NCBI GenBank assembly: GCA_043798935.1
Contig: JAZDOC010000019.1
Span: 10,322-74,321, forward strand
Source: Patescibacteria group bacterium
Lineage (GTDB): Bacteria > Patescibacteriota > Patescibacteriia > UBA9570 > JAHJKD01
Length of the DNA: 64,000 nt
Reading direction: 5' to 3'
Part shown: positions 19,613 through 32,043 of the stretch, in pieces
How positions within the stretch are numbered: position 1 is the stretch's first letter
Layout of the letters: each line of letters opens with the position of its first letter
Translations under genes and position numbers: made by a program
Notes under the pieces: model-generated
Databases searched by the model: none
What the model was told of the DNA's origin: nothing
The model's input: only the letters and a program-made list of their open reading frames with translations

Positions 19613-20293
19613 ATGTTTAAACCTGAAAAATATTTTGATTTAGAAAATTTCAAGCATTCTACAATTTTTAAAGATATAAATTTAGTTTGGGAAGTATTGC
19701 CTAAAATAAATTCGTATATTCTCGAAAATATTAAACCGCAAAATCTCGGGCAGTTAATCAGTACGGCTTATATCGACGATAATGTTGAAATTGGCGAAGG
19801 CACCATAATTGAACCTAATGTGGTCATAATTGGTCCGGCCATTATTGGTAAAAATTGCCATTTACGATCTAGTGCTTATTTGCGCGGTAATGTAATAATC
19901 GGTGATAATGTTGTAGTTGGAAACAGCACAGAAGTTAAAAATTCTATATTATTCAATAATGTAAATATTCCACATTTCAATTATGTTGGTGATAGCGTTT
20001 TGGGATATAAAGCACATTTAGGAGCTGGTGTGATTTTATCAAATACTAAAACACCACCGTCACCCATAAAAATACAAACTTTAGAAAAAAAATATGAAAC
20101 AAATTTAATTAAATTTGGCGCAATTATTGGTGATAAAACTGAAATTGGTTGCAATGCCGTGATGAACCCTGGTACTATTATCGGTAAAAATTGTTTGGTT
20201 TATCCGGGTACAATTTTTAAAGGAGTTTCACCTCATGATGCTATTATAAAATCACGTCAGGAACAAGAAGTAGTTATTAAATTAAAAAAATAA
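19613..20293 (+). CDS. Hexapeptide-repeat (left-handed beta-helix) transferase-family protein
   Basis: 226 aa. Repeated [LIV]G.N hexapeptides (IIGPAIIGKNCHL..GNVIIGDNVVVGNSTEVKNSILF..). The N-terminal 60 aa is not a nucleotidyltransferase fold. Confidence 0.5.
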   Translation: MFKPEKYFDLENFKHSTIFKDINLVWEVLPKINSYILENIKPQNLGQLISTAYIDDNVEIGEGTIIEPNVVIIGPAIIGKNCHLRSSAYLRGNVIIGDNVVVGNSTEVKNSILFNNVNIPHFNYVGDSVLGYKAHLGAGVILSNTKTPPSPIKIQTLEKKYETNLIKFGAIIGDKTEIGCNAVMNPGTIIGKNCLVYPGTIFKGVSPHDAIIKSRQEQEVVIKLKK

Positions 20294-20312
20294 TTAACAA
20301 TTTTAAAAAACT

Positions 20313-20726
20313 ATGAGCGAACACAATTGCGAAGCATTGGTAATTGCCTGTATAGATTTCAGGCTAATCGATAACACAAATAAATGGCTAACCGATTTAG
20401 GGTTGGAAAAAAAATACGATTTTTTAGGAGTTGGTGGGGCATCAAAACAATTAGCTAGTCCGGATAAACCAGAATACAAAGAATTATTATTAGAAAATAT
20501 TAAAATATCTGTAAATTTACATAATATTAGTAAAATTTACATAATCCACCATGAAGATTGCGGTGCTTATGGCGGTAAAAAAGCTTTTGAAAATTCAGAA
20601 AAAGAACGAGAATTTCAGATTAATGAAATGAAAAAAAGCCAGGAAATTATTAAATATCTATATCCCGAACTGGAAATTATCAAAATCTACGAAAAGCTAG
20701 ACGGTTCTATGGAAGTAGCTATGTAA
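20313..20726 (+). CDS. Small beta-carbonic-anhydrase-like protein
   Basis: 137 aa. ACIDFR (cf. CxDSR) and HHEDCGAYGG (cf. HxxCG) match the two beta-CA zinc-ligand motifs, but the protein is shorter than canonical enzymes. Confidence 0.35.
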   Translation: MSEHNCEALVIACIDFRLIDNTNKWLTDLGLEKKYDFLGVGGASKQLASPDKPEYKELLLENIKISVNLHNISKIYIIHHEDCGAYGGKKAFENSEKEREFQINEMKKSQEIIKYLYPELEIIKIYEKLDGSMEVAM

Positions 20727-20765
20727 TTGGATAACTTATCCACAAATTTAGATTAAAAACCAGTA

Positions 20766-20794
20766 TTGACGTTTTGGGCATAAAAACCTATAAT
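20766..20794 (+). promoter_or_regulatory. Promoter of the atp operon
   Basis: TTGACG (20766-20771), 17 nt, TATAAT (20789-20794), 27 nt upstream of the atpI/Z start. Confidence 0.45.
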
Positions 20795-20821
20795 TATCGC
20801 GTTGCTATTTAAATAAATATT

Positions 20822-21118
20822 GTGGATTATTCACAAAATAACGAAAACAAACCAAAAGACCAAGAAAATTGGTGGCAAGATGGTTATCGGGCATTTATTC
20901 AAATAAGTGGCTGGATAGCCGCGCCTATTATCGCAGCGCTTTTTATAGGTGATTGGCTAGACACTAAATATCAATCCGGAAGCAAATATTTATTAATATG
21001 TATCGCGATTGCTTTCGTAATTTCCAATGTGGGTCTGGTCAAAGAAGTTCTAAATTATAATAAAAAACTTAACAAAATAGAAAGAACTAGTAAAGATAAA
21101 CCGAATGAGCCAAGCTGA
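20822..21118 (+). CDS. atpI: ATP synthase protein I / AtpZ-like small membrane protein
   Basis: 98 aa, GTG start, two TM helices, sits immediately upstream of atpB as in many atp operons. Confidence 0.5.
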   Translation: MDYSQNNENKPKDQENWWQDGYRAFIQISGWIAAPIIAALFIGDWLDTKYQSGSKYLLICIAIAFVISNVGLVKEVLNYNKKLNKIERTSKDKPNEPS

Positions 21119-21950
21119 AGAACTACACACTGAAGCGACCACGCCGGCAAATAGCCATAGCGAAAGTCATGAAATCACATTATTTGCCGAACCAATAATA
21201 AATATTGGTAATTTTGAAATAAATAATTCATTCATTAGCTCTTGGGTAGTTGTTTTATTTGTAATTATTTTAGTAATGATTTTAAAATCAAAGTTAAGTA
21301 AAATACCTCGGGGAATTCAAAATATATTTGAAATGGTTTTAGAAGGTGCTCTAAATATGGCTGATAGCGTAACCGGCGATCGTAATAAAAGTATGAAATT
21401 ATTTCCGGTTGCATTCGGATTATTTATTTTTATTTTGTTGAATAATTGGCTTGGGCTTCTACCTGGTGTAGGCACAATTGGTTTTTACGAAAATGGTGAA
21501 ACATTTGTACCGTTTTTACGTGGTGCGACGGCCGATCTTAACACTACTTTTGTTTTAGCAATCTTTAGTATCATTTTTACTCATGTAATGGGCATTATTG
21601 CAATTGGCGCTTGGAAGCATTTAAATAAATTCATCGGAATTAAATTATTTTTAGAAATTCCCAAAAAAATAAGAAAAGAACCCACAATTATTTTAATCAA
21701 TCCTATAAAAGCTTTTGTAGGATTGATCGAAATAGTCGGTGAAATCGCTAAAGTTGCATCACTAGCTTTTAGGTTATTCGGAAACATTTTTGCCGGAGAA
21801 GTATTATTGGCATCAATGATGGCGCTCATGTTTGTTATAGTACCGATTCCATTCATGTTTCTAGAAATTATTGTTGGTCTTATTCAGGCATTAATATTTG
21901 CAATGTTAGTGCTAGTTTTCGGCACCATCAGTATGCAAGATTCACACTAA
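21105..21950 (+). CDS. atpB: F-type ATP synthase Fo subunit a
   Basis: 281 aa. RLFGNIFAGE motif with the essential Arg. Confidence 0.9.
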   Translation: MSQAEELHTEATTPANSHSESHEITLFAEPIINIGNFEINNSFISSWVVVLFVIILVMILKSKLSKIPRGIQNIFEMVLEGALNMADSVTGDRNKSMKLFPVAFGLFIFILLNNWLGLLPGVGTIGFYENGETFVPFLRGATADLNTTFVLAIFSIIFTHVMGIIAIGAWKHLNKFIGIKLFLEIPKKIRKEPTIILINPIKAFVGLIEIVGEIAKVASLAFRLFGNIFAGEVLLASMMALMFVIVPIPFMFLEIIVGLIQALIFAMLVLVFGTISMQDSH

Positions 21951-21988
21951 TTAATTATTAATATAATTGGCTCCGACATTAAAAATAA

Positions 21989-22234
<246 letters not shown>

Positions 22235-22304
22235 TGATTTTTTCATTAAGCCCTCAATTATTGGGGGCTTGGAAAAAAATCATTAATTATAAAATTATAT
22301 AAAT

Positions 22305-22802
22305 ATGGAAGAAATTATAAATACATTTCACATTGAATGGGAGCTAATGCTTGGTCAAATCATTAATTTTGCTATCGTAGCGTCGGTACTATGGTTCTTT
22401 GCTGTGAAACCTTTAATGAAAATCATGAAAGATCGAACCGAAACCATTGAAAAAAGCTTGCGTAATGCTGAAAAAATAGAAGTTAATCTTAAAGAAACCG
22501 AAGAAATTCAAAAACAGGAAATTACTAAGGCTAAAAAAGAAGCTCAGGAAATAATTGAAAAAGCTAATTTGGTGGCCGAAAACAGTAAGCAAGATTTTGT
22601 AAAAAAAGCTGAAGAACAAATATTAGATTTAAAAAATAAAGCCAAACAACAAGTTGCTGAAGCTAAACAAGAAATGTTAAAGGAAATTAAAACCGAAGTA
22701 GCGGATCTAGTAGTTCTAACAGTCAAAAAATTAATCGATAAAGATTTATCATCCAGTGAACAAAAAGAATTAATCAACAAAACCATTAAAGAAGTAAAAT
22801 AG
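22305..22802 (+). CDS. atpF: F-type ATP synthase Fo subunit b
   Basis: 165 aa. N-terminal TM then a long charged helix; operon position. Confidence 0.8.
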   Translation: MEEIINTFHIEWELMLGQIINFAIVASVLWFFAVKPLMKIMKDRTETIEKSLRNAEKIEVNLKETEEIQKQEITKAKKEAQEIIEKANLVAENSKQDFVKKAEEQILDLKNKAKQQVAEAKQEMLKEIKTEVADLVVLTVKKLIDKDLSSSEQKELINKTIKEVK

Positions 22803-23194
22803 TGAAACTCAAATCTCGTCAATACGCGATTGCGTTATATCAAAGCTTAAAAGAATGTCCGCCCGATAAACAAAACGAGCTAATCGCTAGTTTTGTTAAA
22901 ATTCTGCAAAAAAATAAACAGTTAAAATTAATGAACAAAATAATTCTTGAATATAGTAATTATACAAAAGAGCGAAGTGGAATAGTAAATGTACATGCCA
23001 CTGTAGCTAGCGCCGTAAATATTGATGATTTTAAAAAAGAGTTAGTTTCGCAATTAGGTAAGGACATAGATTTACAAGTACAAATTGATCCTACAATTAT
23101 GGCCGGATTAATTCTGCAAATCGGTGATACATTAATCGATGGTTCAGTAAATAATCAATTAAACATATTAAAAAATAAATTAATTAATAGCTAA
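22802..23194 (+). CDS. atpH: F-type ATP synthase subunit delta (OSCP), short
   Basis: 130 aa, GTG start overlapping the atpF stop. C-terminal conserved block [22 protein letters not shown]. Confidence 0.7.
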   Translation: MKLKSRQYAIALYQSLKECPPDKQNELIASFVKILQKNKQLKLMNKIILEYSNYTKERSGIVNVHATVASAVNIDDFKKELVSQLGKDIDLQVQIDPTIMAGLILQIGDTLIDGSVNNQLNILKNKLINS

Positions 23195-23199
23195 ATTAT

Positions 23200-24729
23200 A
23201 TGGCTGAAGTAAAAGATCAAATTATTGATTTGTTAAAAAAGCAAATCTCAGATTTCGAAGGTAAAGCAGAAGTATCTGAAGTTGGAACAGTATTAGAAGT
23301 AAAAGACGGCGTGGCTTCGATAAATGGATTAAGAAATGCCATGAGCCAGGAAATGCTAGAATTTTCGGCTGGTGATGAAAAAGTTTACGGTGTGGCTTTA
23401 AATCTTGATGAGGATCAAGTTGGTGCCATGATACTTGGTGATTATGAAAAAATTAAAGAAGGTGACACAGTAAAACGAACTCAAAAAATTCTGTCGGTTC
23501 CAGTATCCGAAAAAATGATTGGCCGAGTTATTAACCCACTAGGTATTCCAATGGACGGAAAAGGGGATATTAAGACCGATATACTATATCCAATAGAAAA
23601 AATTGCTCCTGGTGTTATTACTCGAAAATCAGTAGATACTCCTGTTCAAACAGGTATTAAAGCTATTGATGCTATGATTCCGATCGGTCGTGGACAAAGA
23701 GAGCTAATTATTGGTGATCGTCAGACTGGTAAAACCGCAGTAGCGATTGACACAATTATTAATCAAAAAGGAAAGGACTTAATTTGCATTTATGTAGCTA
23801 TTGCACAGAAAGAATCTAAAGTTGCTCGCTTAGTAGCCAAATTAGTGCAAGAAGGCGCTATGGAACATACAATTATTGTAAATGCGGCTGCTTCTGAATC
23901 GGCTGCTCTTCATTATATCGCTCCTTATGCCGGATGTGCTATTGGCGAATATTTTGTTGATCAAGGAAAAGATGTGCTCGTTGTGTATGATGATCTTTCC
24001 AAACAAGCCATTGCTTATCGTCAAATATCATTAATTTTAAAACGACCTCCAGGACGTGAAGCTTACCCGGGTGATATTTTTTATGCTCACTCTCGATTGC
24101 TAGAACGTGCTTGTCGGTTAAACAAAGATTTTGGCGGAGGCTCTTTAACAGCCTTGCCCATCATTGAAACACAAGCCGGCGATATTTCAGCTTATATTCC
24201 AACCAATGTAATTTCCATTACCGATGGCCAAATTTTTCTTGAATCAGAATTATTTTACCAAGGTATTCGTCCAGCTTTAAATGTTGGCTTATCCGTGTCT
24301 CGTGTAGGTTCAGCGGCTCAAACCAAGGCCATGAAAAAAGTAGCTGGTCCTATGAAATTAGATCTAGCTCAATATCGAGAACTAGCCGCTTTTGCTCAGT
24401 TTGGATCTGATCTCGATAAAGAAACACAAAAACAATTAGAAAGAGGTAAGAGAACAGTTGAAATTACAAAACAAGCTCAGTATTCTCCAGCATCAGTGGC
24501 TAACCAAGTAGTTTCAATTTATGCTGTCACTCATGGATACATGGATGATGTAGCGGTAGAAAATATTTTATCTTTTGAAAAAGAGCTATTAAAATATGCC
24601 AATGAATTATCGGTTGATTTAATGAATAATTTGAATCAAACCGGCGATTGGAATGATGAAATTGAAGCTCAAATTAAAAAGACAATTGAAAATTTTCGTC
24701 AAACCAAAGACATGTCGCAAACCAGCTAA
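23200..24729 (+). CDS. atpA: F-type ATP synthase subunit alpha
   Basis: 509 aa. Walker [10 protein letters not shown]; alpha-specific blocks. Confidence 0.95.
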   Translation: MAEVKDQIIDLLKKQISDFEGKAEVSEVGTVLEVKDGVASINGLRNAMSQEMLEFSAGDEKVYGVALNLDEDQVGAMILGDYEKIKEGDTVKRTQKILSVPVSEKMIGRVINPLGIPMDGKGDIKTDILYPIEKIAPGVITRKSVDTPVQTGIKAIDAMIPIGRGQRELIIGDRQTGKTAVAIDTIINQKGKDLICIYVAIAQKESKVARLVAKLVQEGAMEHTIIVNAAASESAALHYIAPYAGCAIGEYFVDQGKDVLVVYDDLSKQAIAYRQISLILKRPPGREAYPGDIFYAHSRLLERACRLNKDFGGGSLTALPIIETQAGDISAYIPTNVISITDGQIFLESELFYQGIRPALNVGLSVSRVGSAAQTKAMKKVAGPMKLDLAQYRELAAFAQFGSDLDKETQKQLERGKRTVEITKQAQYSPASVANQVVSIYAVTHGYMDDVAVENILSFEKELLKYANELSVDLMNNLNQTGDWNDEIEAQIKKTIENFRQTKDMSQTS

Positions 24730-24757
24730 GATAAAAATGAATAATTTATAAAATTTT

Positions 24758-25663
24758 ATGTCGGGTGGATTACAAGATATTAAAAAAAGAATAAAATCTG
24801 TTAAGAATATTAAACAGGTCACTAAAGCCATGGAAGCTGTATCGGCCTCTAAAATGCGCAAATCAGTGGCCGCCGCTTTGACATCAAAAAATTATTCAAA
24901 TTTGGGTTGGCAATTAATTAATAATTTGGCCAAAGTCACTGATGAAAATAAGCATCCATTATTAAAGAAAAAAAATAAAATTAATAATTTGTTGTTAATC
25001 TTTTTAACCTCAGATAAAGGTTTATGCGGTGGTTTTAATTCACAAATTATTCGGCAAATGGAGCAGTTCTTAAAAATTAATAACGATAAAAATATCGATG
25101 TAATTGCAATTGGCAAAAAGGGCCAAAGAGTACTTAAGAAAATCAATAAAAATATTATTGGTGCTTATCAAAATATGTCGAACGAGGTTAGTCCAAATAT
25201 GTTGCGACCCATTGCCAAAACAGCCTTGGATGGTTTTATGCAAGGAAAATACGATCAGGTAAATATTGTTTTTACAGATTTTAAATCAGCTATGAATCAA
25301 GTGCCAATTGTTAGACAATTATTACCTTTACAAAAAGATTTTCAAAATTTAGTAGGTGACGCTAAAAATGAAAAAACCACAAACGAAACCGATGATGTTC
25401 TAGAATATATATTCGAACCAAATACTGAAGAATTATTAGATTTCATTTTACCGCGATTATTAGAAATTCAAATTTATCAAGCTGTTCTTGAATCTAATGC
25501 ATCTGAACATTCAGCTCGTATGTTAGCCATGAAAAATGCTACTGATAGCGCCATCGACATGATTCATGATCTAACTTTAACTTATAATCAAGCCCGTCAA
25601 GCATCAATTACTCAGGAAATTGCTGAAATCTCAGCTGGCCGAGCCGCTCAAGAAGAAAATTAA
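24758..25663 (+). CDS. atpG: F-type ATP synthase subunit gamma
   Basis: 301 aa. IKKRIKSVKNIKQVTKAMEAVSASKMRK N-terminus and C-terminal ITQEI.EI.GA.A. Confidence 0.9.
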   Translation: MSGGLQDIKKRIKSVKNIKQVTKAMEAVSASKMRKSVAAALTSKNYSNLGWQLINNLAKVTDENKHPLLKKKNKINNLLLIFLTSDKGLCGGFNSQIIRQMEQFLKINNDKNIDVIAIGKKGQRVLKKINKNIIGAYQNMSNEVSPNMLRPIAKTALDGFMQGKYDQVNIVFTDFKSAMNQVPIVRQLLPLQKDFQNLVGDAKNEKTTNETDDVLEYIFEPNTEELLDFILPRLLEIQIYQAVLESNASEHSARMLAMKNATDSAIDMIHDLTLTYNQARQASITQEIAEISAGRAAQEEN

Positions 25664-25702
25664 TTTCTTAAAATATCCAATATAAATAAATAATAATTAT
25701 AG

Positions 25703-27076
<1,374 letters not shown>

Positions 27077-27082
27077 AAAACT

Positions 27083-27526
27083 ATGTCTGAAAAAACAATA
27101 AAACTAATCGTCACGGCGCCACAAGGAAATTTATATAATGATGAACTAGAACAAATTACTGCTACTACTATGCTTGGTGAAATAACAATTCTACCAAATC
27201 ACATACCGTTAATTTCCATTTTACAATCCGGGGAATTAATAATTCAAAAAGATGGTAAAAAAATTCCGTTTGCAGTTTACGGTGGTTTTATTGAAATTAA
27301 AAATAATAATGAAGTTATTATATTAGCCGATTCAGCTGAACATGTTGATGCCATAGACGAAGCTAATGTTGAAGCTGCCGCTAAAAAAGCCGAGGAAATA
27401 TTAAAAGAGAAATTTAATACTAGCGATTATGAAGATGCGGCTTTGAATTTAGCCCGCGAACAAGCACGTTTAAGAATCGTTAAAAAGTATAAAAATCAAG
27501 GTATTCGTACCAGCCATCAAAATTAA
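27083..27526 (+). CDS. atpC: F-type ATP synthase subunit epsilon
   Basis: 147 aa, operon position, beta-sandwich plus helical hairpin pattern. Confidence 0.85.
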   Translation: MSEKTIKLIVTAPQGNLYNDELEQITATTMLGEITILPNHIPLISILQSGELIIQKDGKKIPFAVYGGFIEIKNNNEVIILADSAEHVDAIDEANVEAAAKKAEEILKEKFNTSDYEDAALNLAREQARLRIVKKYKNQGIRTSHQN

Positions 27527-27565
27527 TATAATTAAATTTGAAATAATAATTTTTTAAGTATTTTT

Positions 27566-28978
27566 ATGATGTTAAAAAAAGTCAAATTTGTTCTTCTGAC
27601 AGTAGTAATTACTTTAATGCCAGTTGCAATGTTTGCTTCTGAGCAGGCTTCTGAAGAGAGTAATGCCGGAGAACACGGGGCAGCCGTGCTATTTGCAATA
27701 ATTGCTCTGCTTGTCATTTTATCCAAAGTAGGTGGTTTAGTTGAGAAATTCGGTCAACCGGCCGTACTTGGAGAATTAATAGCTGGTGTAATTTTAGGAA
27801 ATTTAGGATTAGTTGGCATTCATTGGTTTGGCTGGTTAAATGGTAATGAAATCATTGCTTTTTTAGCCGAGCTAGGAGTAGTTATTTTATTATTTCAAAT
27901 TGGTCTGGAAAGTAATTTAGCTGATATGAAAAAAGTGGGTGTTTCAGCTACTATTGTTGCCGTAGTCGGTGTGGTGCTTCCGTTTGTATTAGCTACATAT
28001 TTAATTGGACCTTGGATCTTACCTGGATTAGCATCGAATGCATATTTATTTTTAGGAGCATCTTTAACTGCAACTTCGGTTGGTATTACAGCCAGAGTGT
28101 TTAAAGATTTAAATAAATTAAAAACAAAAGAAGCGCAAATTGTTCTTGGTGCCGCTGTTATCGACGATATTTTAGGATTATTAATTTTAGCTGTTGTGAG
28201 TGCAATTGCTACCACTGGTTCAGTATCTGCTGGAGACATTGGAATGATCAGCTTTAAGGCCATAGCATTTTTAGTTGGTGCTGTTGCTATCGGCAGAGTT
28301 TCAGCTCCTTATATTGGCAAAATATTTTCAAAAATGCACACTGGTATTGGTATGAAGCTTGGTGTAGCATTTTCTTTTGCATTAGTATTTGCTTATCTGG
28401 CATCCTTAGTAGGCTTAGCTCCGATTGTCGGAGCATTTGCAGCTGGGTTATTACTGGATCCAGTGCACTTTAAAGGATTTAAAAGCGCATCCATAGTTGA
28501 TGATATTAAAAAGATAATACCAAAATTAAAAGACAAAGAAACTGAGGAAGAAATAAAAGAGCTTATTAATCATCATCAACATCGTCATATTGAAGATCTG
28601 ATGGAAGGCATTGCTTATATTTTTGTGCCGATCTTCTTTATTTATACTGGTATGCAGGTTAAACTAGAAACAATGTTCGATATGAGAGTTCTAGGTATTG
28701 GTTTGGTTATTACCGTTGTGGCCATGATTGGTAAAATAGCTTGTGGCTTTGTGGTTAAAAAACCTACAAATAAATGGATTGTTGGTTTTGGTATGATACC
28801 TCGCGGTGAAGTAGGTTTAATATTCGCAAATATTGGAAAGTCTTTAGGCGTAATGAGTGATGAAGCATTTAGTATTGTGATTATTATGGTAATATTAACA
28901 ACTCTGTTAACGCCACCGATTTTAAGTATGCTTTTAAAAAGACAAAAAGAGCCTCAATTAGAAATTCAAAACGCTTAA
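27566..28978 (+). CDS. Monovalent cation:proton antiporter, CPA2 (Kef/NapA-like) family
   Basis: 470 aa, about 12 TM. GLE/GLS motifs of CPA2 cores. His-rich cytoplasmic insert HHQHRH. Confidence 0.75.
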   Translation: MMLKKVKFVLLTVVITLMPVAMFASEQASEESNAGEHGAAVLFAIIALLVILSKVGGLVEKFGQPAVLGELIAGVILGNLGLVGIHWFGWLNGNEIIAFLAELGVVILLFQIGLESNLADMKKVGVSATIVAVVGVVLPFVLATYLIGPWILPGLASNAYLFLGASLTATSVGITARVFKDLNKLKTKEAQIVLGAAVIDDILGLLILAVVSAIATTGSVSAGDIGMISFKAIAFLVGAVAIGRVSAPYIGKIFSKMHTGIGMKLGVAFSFALVFAYLASLVGLAPIVGAFAAGLLLDPVHFKGFKSASIVDDIKKIIPKLKDKETEEEIKELINHHQHRHIEDLMEGIAYIFVPIFFIYTGMQVKLETMFDMRVLGIGLVITVVAMIGKIACGFVVKKPTNKWIVGFGMIPRGEVGLIFANIGKSLGVMSDEAFSIVIIMVILTTLLTPPILSMLLKRQKEPQLEIQNA

Positions 28979-29005
28979 AAATTCAAAAATAATTATAAAA
29001 TAATA

Positions 29006-29032
29006 AACCCCGTTAAAAGCGGGGTTTATTTG
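29006..29032 (+). terminator. Rho-independent terminator after the antiporter gene
   Basis: aaccccgtt-aaa-agcggggtt, an 8-bp stem (one G-U pair), followed by TATTTGTG. Confidence 0.7.
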
Positions 29033-29048
29033 TGATATAATAACTATT

Positions 29049-31946
29049 ATGGAATTATTCAATAATCTTAATAATGAGCAAATATCAGCTGTTAAGCATA
29101 CTGCCGGTCCATTGCTTATAATTGCTGGCGCTGGTACTGGTAAAACCACGGTTATTACTAGAAAAATTGCCTATTTGATAACGCAAAAAAATATTTCGGC
29201 TGATCAAATATTAGCACTAACATTTACCGACAAAGCAGCTTCAGAAATGGAAGAACGAGTAGAAAGCTTACTACCTTTTGGATATTTTGATTTATGGATT
29301 TCAACTTTTCATGCTTTTGGTGAAAAGATTTTAAAAAATCACGCACTTGATATCGGATTGCCCAACGATTTTAAACTGTTATCCGAAACCGAGCAATGGT
29401 TATTAATGAGACAGCATTTAGAAAACTTCGATTTGGATTATTACAAACCCAAAGGGAACCCCACTAAATTTATTCAAGCTTTAATTACGCATTTTTCACG
29501 CTTAAAAGATGAAGATATTTCACCAGACGAGTATCTGGAATATGCAGATAATTTAAAATTAGATCAAGATTTAAGCGAGACTGAAGCCACTCAAGAAATA
29601 AATCGAATCAAAGAATTAGCTAATGCCTATCATAAATACCAAAAATTACTATTAGAAAATAATTCATTAGATTTTGGTGATTTAATTACTTATACAATCA
29701 AGCTCTTTAAAGAGCGGCCTAATATTTTAAAACAATATCAAAAACAGTTTAAATATATTTTAATTGATGAATTTCAAGATACTAATTATGCTCAATATGA
29801 TTTAATTAAATTGTTATCAGCGCCTAATAACAATTTAACGGTTGTTGGTGACGATGACCAAGCAATATATAAGTTTAGGGGCGCTTCGATCTCAAACATA
29901 TTAGAATTTAAAGAAGATTACAAAGATGCCACTGAAATTGTATTAATTAATAATTATCGTAGTGGTCAAAAAATCTTAGACACGGCGTATAATTTTATAA
30001 ATATCAATAATCCCAATCGGTTAGAAACAAAATTAAAAATTAACAAAAATCTAATTAGCTGTGTTGATAATAAAGCTCAAGTCGATCATTTACATTTTAA
30101 AACTAAAGAAGATGAAGCAATTGGGATTGTTAAAAAGATATTAGAAATCAAAAAAAATGATGCATCCATTTCCTGGAATGATATCGCAATTTTAGTCAGG
30201 GCAAATAATCAGGCCGATTTAATTACTCCGTATTTACAGCGTCAAGATGTACCATTTCAGTTTATGGCCTCAAAAGGATTGTTCGCTAAACCAATCATCT
30301 TAGATTTACTCGCATATTTACGAATGCTTGATAATTATCATGAAACTCGTTCTTTATATAGAGTTCTAAACATGGCTATCTTTAATTTTCAACATGAAGA
30401 AATATTAGAATTGTTAAATTATGCTTATCAGAAAAATATTTCTCTTTATGAAACTTTAAAAATTAAACCTAGTAAGAAGACCGAAAAAGTTTTAACTTTA
30501 ATTGCCAAACACACTAGCGACTTACGTTTTAAAAGCGTGGGGCAAATTTTACTGGATTTTTTAGAGGATTCAGGATATTTAAAAAATATCACAAAAAAAG
30601 ACAATCAATCTTCACGCGAAAATGTTTTATATTTGAATCAATTTTATAAATACATTGAAAAATTCGAATCTGCAACGAATGATAAAACTGTAAAAAAATT
30701 TATCGAAGAAATAAACATGTTTGAAGCTGCCGGAGAAGAAGGTACTTTACAGCCCGATTTTGAAGAAGGTCCACAAACCGCAAAGATTATGACTGTGCAC
30801 GCGGCCAAAGGTCTTGAATTCGCGTATGTGTTCATCATTAATATGGTAGATAAACGATTTCCATCGATTAAGCGAAATGACCCAATTTCTATTCCCGAGC
30901 AATTAATTAAAGAAACTGTTCCGACCGGGGATGTTCACTTGCAAGAAGAAAGACGATTATTATACGTGGCCATGACTCGTGCCAAGAAAAATTTATTTTT
31001 TACCAGCGCCGAAGATTACGGCGGTATCCGTAAAAAAAAATTATCGCAATTTTTAATTGAAGCTCAACTGGCAAACGAAAAAAAGCCCTTGCCAACTGGA
31101 AAAGTAAAATTTTCCGCCAAAGAAAAAAATGATGCAACCAATAAAGAGTTGTTAGTGATAAAAAACATTCCTCAAAAGTTTTCATTTACGCAATTAAAAG
31201 TTTTTGAAACTTGCCCTTGGCAATATCGTTTTTCTCACATTTTACATATTCCGGTCAAAGGTAAGGCTAGTTTTTCATTTGGAAAAACCATGCATAATAC
31301 ATTATATCGTTTTTTTCAAAATATGTACGAGCAAGGTAATTCACAGCAAAGGGATTTATTTGTGGTTATTAATAATAAAGCGGAGGGTAAAAAAACGCAC
31401 TCTCGCTTGCAAGAAAAAGATTTATTAGACTTATACGAATCAGAATGGATTGACGATTGGTTTTTTTCCAAAAAAAATAAACAAGAATACCATAAAAAAG
31501 GTAAAGAAATATTAAAAAAGTTTTATGAGCTTCATAAAAATAGCTGGCCGATAATTCAAGATTTAGAAAAAGGCTTCAATTTGAAGATAGATAAATTTAT
31601 TATTAAAGGCGCAATTGATAGAATCGATAAATTAGAGAATAATCAAGTTGAAATAATTGATTATAAAACCGGCACTGTACCAAAGCAAAAGAAAGATAAT
31701 GAACAACTATTAATATACGCCATGGCGGTAAAGGAAGTATTCAGGCAAACACCAGTAAAATTAACTTATTACTATTTGGAAGACAATCAGCCAATTAGCT
31801 ATGAAATTAAAGAAGAAGATTTATTAAAAACTAGAAACTGGATTTTAGAAAAGATTAATAAAATTTTAGTATCGGATTTTACAGCAACACCTGGTTTTCA
31901 CTGTAAAAATTGTGATTATTATTCAATTTGCGAGTTTAGAAAATAG
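29049..31946 (+). CDS. UvrD/PcrA-family helicase fused to a C-terminal RecB/AddB/Cas4-like iron-sulfur nuclease domain
   Basis: 965 aa. N-terminal motif I AGAGTGKTT and UvrD motifs (DEFQDTN, YRS). C-terminal about 280 aa with upstream Cys (CPWQYRF), PD-(D/E)xK-like IDRIDK..EIIDYKTG, and the terminal CX2CX5C cluster CKNCDYYSIC. Confidence 0.8.
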   Translation: MELFNNLNNEQISAVKHTAGPLLIIAGAGTGKTTVITRKIAYLITQKNISADQILALTFTDKAASEMEERVESLLPFGYFDLWISTFHAFGEKILKNHALDIGLPNDFKLLSETEQWLLMRQHLENFDLDYYKPKGNPTKFIQALITHFSRLKDEDISPDEYLEYADNLKLDQDLSETEATQEINRIKELANAYHKYQKLLLENNSLDFGDLITYTIKLFKERPNILKQYQKQFKYILIDEFQDTNYAQYDLIKLLSAPNNNLTVVGDDDQAIYKFRGASISNILEFKEDYKDATEIVLINNYRSGQKILDTAYNFININNPNRLETKLKINKNLISCVDNKAQVDHLHFKTKEDEAIGIVKKILEIKKNDASISWNDIAILVRANNQADLITPYLQRQDVPFQFMASKGLFAKPIILDLLAYLRMLDNYHETRSLYRVLNMAIFNFQHEEILELLNYAYQKNISLYETLKIKPSKKTEKVLTLIAKHTSDLRFKSVGQILLDFLEDSGYLKNITKKDNQSSRENVLYLNQFYKYIEKFESATNDKTVKKFIEEINMFEAAGEEGTLQPDFEEGPQTAKIMTVHAAKGLEFAYVFIINMVDKRFPSIKRNDPISIPEQLIKETVPTGDVHLQEERRLLYVAMTRAKKNLFFTSAEDYGGIRKKKLSQFLIEAQLANEKKPLPTGKVKFSAKEKNDATNKELLVIKNIPQKFSFTQLKVFETCPWQYRFSHILHIPVKGKASFSFGKTMHNTLYRFFQNMYEQGNSQQRDLFVVINNKAEGKKTHSRLQEKDLLDLYESEWIDDWFFSKKNKQEYHKKGKEILKKFYELHKNSWPIIQDLEKGFNLKIDKFIIKGAIDRIDKLENNQVEIIDYKTGTVPKQKKDNEQLLIYAMAVKEVFRQTPVKLTYYYLEDNQPISYEIKEEDLLKTRNWILEKINKILVSDFTATPGFHCKNCDYYSICEFRK

Positions 31947-31957
31947 CCAAAATATAC

Positions 31958-31986
31958 TTGGCAAAATTCTCAAAATTTGGTACAAT
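31958..31986 (+). promoter_or_regulatory. Putative promoter upstream of the 32044 membrane-protein gene / pheST
   Basis: TTGGCA (31958-31963), 17 nt, TGgTACAAT (31978-31986). Confidence 0.4.
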
Positions 31987-32043
31987 TCATTTTATTAACC
32001 GTGCACAAAAAAAACAAGAATATATATAGAATAAGCCATTAAA

